Shown piece by piece: positions 50,637-57,418 of a DNA stretch of 57,418 bases. The notes under the pieces are model-generated. The model was not told the origin of the DNA. It was given only the letters and a program-made list of their open reading frames with translations, and searched no databases. Source of the DNA: an uncultured Verrucomicrobiota bacterium (GTDB lineage Bacteria > Verrucomicrobiota > Kiritimatiellia > RFP12 > UBA3636); contig CASFKR010000006.1 in the NCBI GenBank assembly GCA_949295265.1, forward strand, positions 1 through 57,418, written 5' to 3'. Within the stretch, counting starts at the first letter, position 1. Each line of letters begins with the position of its first letter. A program made the translations under genes and the position numbers.

Positions 50637-50966
50637 TTTGTTTCCCGCAGAGCCGCAGAAAAAAGCAGGCGAAGCTAAGCAGACGACTGCCGCTAACAAA
50701 GCCAGCGTCGGACAGGACGTACAGGAGCGCCAAACTGCCGCCTGTGAAAAGGAGCGTCACGCGAAACCAGCGGGAAGGCAGACTTTCAAGCGATGCTGCG
50801 GAGAGACTGCCCCACTCCCAGTGATCCCAGTAGCCTCAGTGGTCCCATCCTGTGGCGCGCTTGTCCGGCCCCGGTGTAGCTGGTGCGACTGCTTTCCGGC
50901 TGCCGAGCAGCCGCAATGCCAGCGGGGGCTCCCCGCCCGCATTGCCAGCGGGGGCTCCCCGCCCGC
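50637..50966. repeat. Mosaic intergenic repeat region R10, including a 2 x 26-nt tandem duplication (50915-50966)
   Basis: TTTGTTTCCCGCAGAGCCGCAG; GCCAGCGTCGGACAGGACGTACAGGAG; CCCACTCCCAGTGATCCCAGTAGCCTCAGTGGTCCCA at 50810-50847; A(A/T)TGCCAGCGGGGGCTCCCCGCCCGC twice. Confidence 0.85.
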
Positions 50967-50982
50967 ACCAAAAGGGCGGAAC

Positions 50983-52440
50983 TCAGTTGTCGTTGGCGGG
51001 ATTTTCGTCGGAACCGGCGTCAATCCGGTCCATAAACTGGGTCAAATTGTCAATGAAGGTGAGCCGCACTTCGCCAACGGCACCATTGCGATTTTTCGCG
51101 ATATCGACGACCGCCAGATCTTTGATATCCGACTCGTGGGAGCCGGGATATTTACAGGGACGGCGCAGGAGCATCACAACGTCGGCATCCTGCTCGATGG
51201 AGCCGGAATCGCGCAAATCGGACAGGCGCGGCTTGCCTTCCTTGTCGCGCTGCTCGGTCTGCCGCGACAGCTGCGACAGCACGATGACGGGAATATTGAG
51301 TTCCTTGGCCATCGCTTTGATACCGGCGGAAATGCGGGTCGTCTCGAGCTGACGCCCTTCGGACGCGGCGTCGCGGCAGTTGAGCAGCTGCAGATAGTCA
51401 ATCATGATGAGCCGGATGCCGTAACGCTTCTTCATGCGGCGCGCGCGGGCCCGCACGTCGGCAATGTCGAGACCGCCCGAATCATCGATATAGAGGGGCA
51501 CATTCTGGAGTTCGGTGGCGCTTTGCGTGAGCGCATTGAAGTAGCGCCTGTTCTGCTCCTCGGAGTTGAACCGGTTGTTGATGATGTCGATGTAGGGAAC
51601 GTGGGCATGCGCACACAGGAGGCGCGTGATGAGCGCGTCCGTCGACATTTCGCAGGAGAAAATTCCGACGGGCATCGGCTCTTTGCCGCGCAGTTTCTTC
51701 CCGGTGCCGTCCGCACCCAGCGCCACCGCCGCGCAGATGTTCATCGCCAGCGATGTTTTGCCCATCGAGGGGCGCGCCGCCAGCACAATCATCTCGGAAT
51801 CGCGCAACCCCTGCATCTTCTTGTCGAGATCTTTGAACCCGGTCGAAAGGCCGTTCAGACCCGTCGTGTTGTTGAACAGGGTATCGAGCTTTTTGAACGT
51901 CTGCTTGAGCGACTCGGTAAAGGTGGGCAGATTGTTGGCATCGCTGCGCTCGCCGATGGCGAACATCGCCTCCTGGCTTTCACTCAGAATCGTGTTGACC
52001 GAGCGGTTGGGCTCGTAGCACTTGCCGGCGGCCTCCTCGGCGGCGCGGATGATGCGCCGCAGCGTGGCCTTTTCCCGCAGAATGTTGGCGTAGTATTCGG
52101 CGTGAGCGACGACCATTTCGCCGCGCGTGAGGGCTTCCAGCGCGGGCATGCCGCCCACCTGGTCGGCGATGCCCGCCTCCTGCAGAGCGTCGAAAACCGT
52201 CACGGAGTCGATGCCCGTCGCCTTCTGCTGATACATCCGGGCGGCGGTCTCGTAAATCAGGCGATGGGCTTCCACATAGAACCATTCCGGCTGCAGGCTG
52301 ACGCCCGCGAGCAACTCAAACGTCTGCTCCGGTTCCAGCAGAATGGCACCCAGAATGCCGCGCTCCGCCTCCGTGCTGTACGGCGGAATGCGCAGAGTTT
52401 CGGACGGGTCCACAACCTTTTTTCGCGATGATTTAGCCAT
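50983..52440 (-). CDS. dnaB: Replicative DNA helicase
   Basis: PPYSTEAERGILGAILLEPE N-terminal domain, Walker A ARPSMGKTSLAMNI, and IMIDYLQLL. Confidence 0.95.
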   Translation of the reverse strand: MAKSSRKKVVDPSETLRIPPYSTEAERGILGAILLEPEQTFELLAGVSLQPEWFYVEAHRLIYETAARMYQQKATGIDSVTVFDALQEAGIADQVGGMPALEALTRGEMVVAHAEYYANILREKATLRRIIRAAEEAAGKCYEPNRSVNTILSESQEAMFAIGERSDANNLPTFTESLKQTFKKLDTLFNNTTGLNGLSTGFKDLDKKMQGLRDSEMIVLAARPSMGKTSLAMNICAAVALGADGTGKKLRGKEPMPVGIFSCEMSTDALITRLLCAHAHVPYIDIINNRFNSEEQNRRYFNALTQSATELQNVPLYIDDSGGLDIADVRARARRMKKRYGIRLIMIDYLQLLNCRDAASEGRQLETTRISAGIKAMAKELNIPVIVLSQLSRQTEQRDKEGKPRLSDLRDSGSIEQDADVVMLLRRPCKYPGSHESDIKDLAVVDIAKNRNGAVGEVRLTFIDNLTQFMDRIDAGSDENPANDN

Positions 52441-52497
52441 CTCTCACCTCCAGGGGGCTCCCCGGCCGGAGCGGGTCCGGCGGGAAATCCGCGCCGC

Positions 52498-53055
52498 TTA
52501 CCGCCGCCGGCGGGCAAGCAAATTGCTGAAATTCGTTTCAATGAACCGTTCCACCAGCTCCACGAGATAGCGGTTGTCCGTGGCGCAGGAAAACTTCGTA
52601 TTGTTGATTTTGCCCACATACCGGATCTGCGGCTTTTTCTCCACGGGCGGCAAAAGGCGCGGAAAGACGGGCATCAGCCCTTCATCCACGAAGATCTGGA
52701 GAATCTCGGCCATCATGGCGGGGTCGACGTTGATGCTGTCTTCAAGGATGTCATTCCATGTTGCGGCATCGTGGCTCATCGCAAAATCGTTGACTACCTG
52801 CTCGCTGGAGCCGATTTTCATCGTGATGGAGCCGGAGCCCAGCAGGGAAAGGCGCACCGTGTCGCGGATGGCGACGCGGCGGTTCTCGCCGGGGACGTAG
52901 ATGAATTCGACCCAGTTCAGGGACGAATCATCGACCTGAATGCGCTTGCCGCGGATATGCCCGTCGTCCTTTACCGCCCACGACCGGCACCCGGTTGCGC
53001 AGGTGCAGACGGCGAGGGCCAGGACCGGAAGCAGGCGGCGAAAACGGCGGTTCAT
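52498..53055 (-). CDS. Hypothetical lipoprotein
   Basis: MNRRFRRLLPVLALAVCTCATGC, a lipobox-like signal. No family recognised. Confidence 0.65.
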   Translation of the reverse strand: MNRRFRRLLPVLALAVCTCATGCRSWAVKDDGHIRGKRIQVDDSSLNWVEFIYVPGENRRVAIRDTVRLSLLGSGSITMKIGSSEQVVNDFAMSHDAATWNDILEDSINVDPAMMAEILQIFVDEGLMPVFPRLLPPVEKKPQIRYVGKINNTKFSCATDNRYLVELVERFIETNFSNLLARRRR

Positions 53056-54062
53056 GACGCAGAGGATGGTGGCAGGGGCGTGGCAGAGGAGGGCTCGGGA
53101 GCGCGGGGGCCGGCGGGCTGGTAGACGTGGACGTTGTCCAGCGCCCAGACGGGCTGGGAGAATTCGCCGGGCGCGACGCCCTGGCGGGCCGCCTGCATCT
53201 CGAAGAGGCGGGCATCGAGCCGGTCGAGCGTCGAAAGGAGCACGGCTTCCGGAATGGCGGGGAAAACGGGCGAGCCGAATTCCGGCTTTTCGTGATGGGA
53301 CAGAATGAGGTGCTGCAGGAGCGTCGCCCGCTCGCGGTCGGCGCCCACTTCGCTGGCGGCGCGCTCGATGTTGACGACGCCGCGCACGAGGTGCCCGATG
53401 AGATGCCCGTCGACGGTGTAGGCGTCGACGAGCCCGAGCTCGTTGGTCTGCATCTCATCGAGTTTGCCCAAATCGTGCGCAATGACGCCTGCGTAGAGCA
53501 GATCCTTGTCGAGCCCCGGATAGACGCTCATCAGCGCGCGGGCGGCCCGGAGAATCGTCACCGTGTGGTGCAGGAGCCCGCCCAGTTCGGCGTGATGCAT
53601 CGATTTGGCGGCGGGGGCCGTCAGGAGGCGGCCGTCGGCATTGGCCCACGTGAGCAGCTGGAGCGTGATGCCGCGCAGGGAATCGTCGCGCAGCGCCCGG
53701 GCGCAGGAGAGGATTTCCTCGAGCATCGATTCCGGGGTTTCCGGTGCCGACGGGATGAAGTCCGACGCCTGTTTGCCGTCTTCCGGGACTGCCGCACGGA
53801 ACGAATCAATGCGGAGCTGTAGATGCCCGTTGTAGAGATTCCCGAGCCCCTCCACATAGACCACCGTCCCGACGGCGGGCGCGTCTCCGGTGTAATCCCA
53901 GAACTTGCCGGGCACCACACCGGTGCAGTCGACCAGCCGCATATCGAGGAATGACTTTCCGGAGGCGGTCTGGCGGACGGTTGCCTCTTTGACGAGGAGC
54001 CAGCCCGCGAACCGGACGCCGTTCCGGATATCGGTTACGGTCTGCTGATAGACGTCATCCAT
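53052..54062 (-). CDS. OB-fold plus HD-domain nuclease (YhaM-like 3-prime-5-prime exoribonuclease family)
   Basis: N-terminal OB-like segment (FLDMRLVDCTGVVPGKFW), then HD region HHAELGGLLHHTV ... IAHDLGKL. Confidence 0.75.
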   Translation of the reverse strand: MDDVYQQTVTDIRNGVRFAGWLLVKEATVRQTASGKSFLDMRLVDCTGVVPGKFWDYTGDAPAVGTVVYVEGLGNLYNGHLQLRIDSFRAAVPEDGKQASDFIPSAPETPESMLEEILSCARALRDDSLRGITLQLLTWANADGRLLTAPAAKSMHHAELGGLLHHTVTILRAARALMSVYPGLDKDLLYAGVIAHDLGKLDEMQTNELGLVDAYTVDGHLIGHLVRGVVNIERAASEVGADRERATLLQHLILSHHEKPEFGSPVFPAIPEAVLLSTLDRLDARLFEMQAARQGVAPGEFSQPVWALDNVHVYQPAGPRAPEPSSATPLPPSSAS

Positions 54063-54079
54063 GGCGCAAAACTCCGTAC

Positions 54080-57000
54080 TCAGTTTTTGCCGTGGCAGTT
54101 CTTGTACTTCTTGCCGGAGCCGCAGGGGCAGGGATCGTTGCGGCCGATTTTGCGGTGCCCGCCCGGCTGAGTGCCGGGCTGCGCGGACGCTCCGCCGGAG
54201 GCCTGTTGCGCGGCGCGGCTGGCGGCGGCGCGGGCCAGAAGCTGGTCAAAGGCGGCATTGGCGCGGCTGGCGGCGGGGGAAGGTTGCGCCACGGTGCGCG
54301 TCTGCTGGGCGGTATTTTCCGGACTGATGAGCTGCACGCGGCGGGGGCGGCGCAGCTCGGCCATGAAGTTCTGCATCGTCTCCACGGACGTGGAGGCGCG
54401 GAAGAGGCCGGCGCAGGCGCTCGTTTTGATGGAGAGCATCAGGCGCTCAAAGAGTCCGTACGCCTCACGCTTGTACTCGATGAGCGGGTCGCGCTGGCCG
54501 TAGGCGCGCAGACGCACCGCATCGCGCAGATCGTCCATGGCGCGCAGATAATCCTGCCATTCCCGGTCGATGGCGCGCAGGAGCACGAAACGTTCGAGGC
54601 GCGGGAGAATCTCCGCATCTTCCATGGAGCACTTCAGTTCGTAGGCCTCCTGAACGCGCGCGTAAATCATGTCCGCCGCGCCTTCGGGATTGCCCGCGAA
54701 GGACTTGAGTTCTTCGGCCTGGACGGGCACCGGGAAGATGCCGCTGATCCACTCGGCGAAATCCTCGGGCTGCGCATCCTTTTCGCCGCCCGTCAGGTAG
54801 GTCTCCGCCTGCGTCAGCACGATATCGTGCAGAATGTCGAGCGCCAGCCCGTGGATATCCTCCTTGGCGAGGACGTCGGAGCGGAAATCGTAGACGATGG
54901 CGCGCTGGCGGTTCATCACATCATCGTATTCGAGCGTGCGCTTGCGGATGGAGAAGTTGCGCTCCTCGACGCGCCGCTGCGCCGTTTCGATGCTGTGGTT
55001 GAGCCAGCGGTGCTCAATCGGCTCGCCTTCCTGCATACCCAGGCGCGTCATAATCGAGGCAATGCGGTCGGACCCGAACAGGCGCATCAGACTGTCTTCC
55101 AGCGAAACGTAGAAGCGCGAGGCGCCGGGGTCGCCCTGGCGGGCGCAACGGCCGCGCAGCTGGCGGTCGATGCGGCGGGATTCGTGGCGCTCCGAGCCGA
55201 TGACGTAGAGCCCGCAGGGCCGCTCGTTGAGCAGGTCGCGCAGCGTCTTGCTTTCGCCGGCGGGCTTTTCATCCAGCGACAGCTGCGAATGGATGAGCTC
55301 CTGCGGCGTCCAGACGACGCCGGGGCCGAGCTTGATGTCCGTGCCGCGGCCCGCCATGTTGGTGGCGATGGTCACGGCACCCTTTTGTCCGGCCAGCGCG
55401 ACGATTTCCGCTTCGCGGGCGTGGTTCTTGGCGTTGAGCACGTTGTGCGGAATGCCCGCCTGGCGGAACTGGCGCGAAAGCTGTTCGGAGGTTTCGACGG
55501 ACACCGTGCCGATGAGCACGGGCTGTCCGTTGCGGTGGCACTCGGAAACCTCCTTGATGATGGCGGCGAATTTCTCGCGCTGCGTGCGGAACATCAGGTC
55601 ATTGCGGTCCACGCGCCGAATCGGCCGGTTCGTGGGAATGACGACCACATCGAGATGGTAGATGTCGTTGAATTCGGAGGCTTCCGTTTCCGCCGTACCG
55701 GTCATGCCGGAGAGCTTCTTATAGAGGCGGAAGTAATTCTGAATGGTGATGGTGGCCAGCGTCTGCGTTTCGCGCTCGATCTGGACGCCTTCCTTGGCTT
55801 CGACGGCCTGGTGGAGGCCGTCGCTCCAGCGCCGTCCCGGCAGAATGCGCCCGGTGAATTCGTCGACGATGAGCACCTTGTTGTCCATCACGACGTAATC
55901 CGTGTCCTTCTCGAAGAGCGTATACGCCTTGAGGAGCTGGGCGATGTTCTGAATGCGCTCGGTGCGCTCGGCAAAGCGCTGTTGCACTTCGTGGCGGCGC
56001 CTGGCGCGTTCTTCGCGCGGCAGGTTCTCGCTGTCGATTTCCGCCATCGCCGAGACGATGTCCGGCACCACGAAGAGTTCCGGATCGGAGGGATTGAGTT
56101 CAGCGCAGCCGCGGTCCGTGAGCGCCGCGTCGCGCATCTTTTCATCGACCGTGAAGAAGAGTTCCTCGCGATACGTGCGCGCCTCGTCCTTGTGCATGTC
56201 CGTCAGCATCATGTTTTCGACGGTTTCATGAAGCTTGCGGACGGCCGGGTCTTCGAGCATGGCCATGAAGACCTTGCTCTTCGGCATGCCGTGATAAATC
56301 TGGTAAAGGCACTTCTGAGCGCGCGCCTCATCGCCGGTTTCGAGCGCCTTTTTGCAGGCGGCGAGCCGCTCGTCGATGAGTTTTTCCTGGCGGCGGAAGA
56401 GGGCGGCCACGCGGGGCTGCAGATCTTTGTACTGGTTGGAGGAATACTCGGCGGGACCGCTGATGATCAGCGGCGTGCGCGCCTCGTCGATCAGGATGGA
56501 GTCCACCTCGTCGACAATCGCAAAAGTATGCCCGCGTTGCACCTGGTCGCGCACATCCTGCGCCATGCCGTTGTCGCGCAGATAGTCGAACCCGAACTCG
56601 GAGTTCGTGCCGTACGTGATGTCGCACGCATACTGCTCGCGCCGTTGCATCGGATGCATCGTATTCTGGATGCACCCGACCGTCAGCCCCAGCCACTTGT
56701 ACAGGTGCCCCATCCACTGGGAGTCGCGCAACGCCAGGTAGTCGTTGACCGTGACGAGCTGCACGTTTTCGCCCGTAAGCGCATTCAGATAGAGCGGAGC
56801 CGTCGCGACGAGCGTCTTGCCTTCGCCCGTCTGCATTTCTGCGATTTTACCCTGATGCAGGACGATGCCGCCCATCAGCTGCACGTCGAAGGGGACCATG
56901 TCCCACGTCAACGTGTGCCCGCAAACCTCGCACGTCGTGCCGCACAGGCGGCGGCATGCATTTTTCACGACGCCAAACGCCTCGGGGAGCAGTTGGTCGA

Positions 57001-57172
57001 GCGTTTCGCCGTCTGCAAGCCGCTTCTTGAACTCCGGCGTCTTCGCCTGGAGCTCTTCGTCGCTCAACGCCTTGTACTTTTCATCCCACTCATTGATCTT
57101 GTTGACAATGGGACGGAGACGCTTGACGTCGCGGGCATGCTTTGTGCCGAAAATTGCTTCAAAAATATTCAT
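54080..57172 (-). CDS. secA: Preprotein translocase ATPase SecA
   Basis: 1030 aa. MQTGEGKTLVA (Walker A), TVNDYLA, DEVDSILIDEARTPLIISG, and a C-terminal zinc finger CPCGSGKKYKNCHGK. Confidence 0.97.
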   Translation of the reverse strand: MNIFEAIFGTKHARDVKRLRPIVNKINEWDEKYKALSDEELQAKTPEFKKRLADGETLDQLLPEAFGVVKNACRRLCGTTCEVCGHTLTWDMVPFDVQLMGGIVLHQGKIAEMQTGEGKTLVATAPLYLNALTGENVQLVTVNDYLALRDSQWMGHLYKWLGLTVGCIQNTMHPMQRREQYACDITYGTNSEFGFDYLRDNGMAQDVRDQVQRGHTFAIVDEVDSILIDEARTPLIISGPAEYSSNQYKDLQPRVAALFRRQEKLIDERLAACKKALETGDEARAQKCLYQIYHGMPKSKVFMAMLEDPAVRKLHETVENMMLTDMHKDEARTYREELFFTVDEKMRDAALTDRGCAELNPSDPELFVVPDIVSAMAEIDSENLPREERARRRHEVQQRFAERTERIQNIAQLLKAYTLFEKDTDYVVMDNKVLIVDEFTGRILPGRRWSDGLHQAVEAKEGVQIERETQTLATITIQNYFRLYKKLSGMTGTAETEASEFNDIYHLDVVVIPTNRPIRRVDRNDLMFRTQREKFAAIIKEVSECHRNGQPVLIGTVSVETSEQLSRQFRQAGIPHNVLNAKNHAREAEIVALAGQKGAVTIATNMAGRGTDIKLGPGVVWTPQELIHSQLSLDEKPAGESKTLRDLLNERPCGLYVIGSERHESRRIDRQLRGRCARQGDPGASRFYVSLEDSLMRLFGSDRIASIMTRLGMQEGEPIEHRWLNHSIETAQRRVEERNFSIRKRTLEYDDVMNRQRAIVYDFRSDVLAKEDIHGLALDILHDIVLTQAETYLTGGEKDAQPEDFAEWISGIFPVPVQAEELKSFAGNPEGAADMIYARVQEAYELKCSMEDAEILPRLERFVLLRAIDREWQDYLRAMDDLRDAVRLRAYGQRDPLIEYKREAYGLFERLMLSIKTSACAGLFRASTSVETMQNFMAELRRPRRVQLISPENTAQQTRTVAQPSPAASRANAAFDQLLARAAASRAAQQASGGASAQPGTQPGGHRKIGRNDPCPCGSGKKYKNCHGKN

Positions 57173-57302
57173 GGAATCAAAAAGAGACCCGCGGCCCGCA
57201 TGTTGAAACCGAAACGGGACCGCGAACCGGAAAGAGAACGAATCGGGACGCTTTCCATGCTAGCACAACACCCCGGCTCTGTCCATGCCGGCAACCCCCC
57301 CC

Positions 57303-57361
57303 GGGCTTATCCCGGTTTATTCGGCCTTGATTGCCGAAGTAAACGCACCTGATTCGATGCG
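57303..57361 (+). repeat. Repeat modules GGGCTTATCCCGG and GGCCTTGATTGCCGAAGTAAACGCACCTGATTCGATGCG
   Basis: The first motif recurs at 5913, 6241 (inverted) and 45254. The second matches 10915-10953. Confidence 0.8.
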
Positions 57362-57418
57362 TTTACTTTTGCAATCCTGGACGGGTCGGGGTTCGGGTGC
57401 TGCAATCGAGGCGGGGAA

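Noticed and set aside
54092-57352. 1086-aa ORF antisense to secA
   Set aside because: Same reasoning. The SecA frame carries all family motifs, and the antisense frame has none.

Overview
GC-rich bacterial chromosomal window (composition judged by eye, not computed), made up mostly of housekeeping genes. Recognised genes: mnmE, a GH16 glucanase, ispH, purE, gltX, argC, adhE, lolE/lolD, clpB, cca, a GT1 glycosyltransferase, an MBL hydrolase, an acyl-CoA ligase, dnaB, a yhaM-like HD nuclease and secA. There is also a 23-gene str/S10/spc ribosomal cluster, rpsL-rpsG-fusA-rpsJ...rplO. In it fusA is followed directly by rpsJ (no tuf), there is no rpmD, and a terminator follows rplO instead of secY. 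This gene order and the large beta-strand-repeat surface proteins suggest a PVC-group organism, but that is a low-confidence inference. Three things stand out. (1) An AT-rich island of about 4.4 kb (6484-10903, minus strand) carries three tandem cassettes. Each is a 5-prime-truncated animal-type transglutaminase catalytic-core fragment joined by a conserved ATGA stop/start overlap to signal-peptide-bearing proteins that resemble the transglutaminase C-terminal beta-barrel domain. The layout recalls orphan effector/immunity arrays and may be an undescribed system. (2) Almost every long intergenic spacer (11 in 57 kb) is a mosaic of the same short sequence modules in shuffled order and orientation, including two different 9-nt periodic arrays and a terminator-like hairpin module. 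These modules also sit exactly at the island edges and at one internal breakpoint. (3) A tandemly duplicated surface-protein locus (45745-48384) has a 102-nt perfectly identical block inside otherwise diverged paralogous sequence, with a reading-frame break just upstream of the block in both copies. I recognised no rRNA, tRNA, CRISPR array, transposase or integrase.
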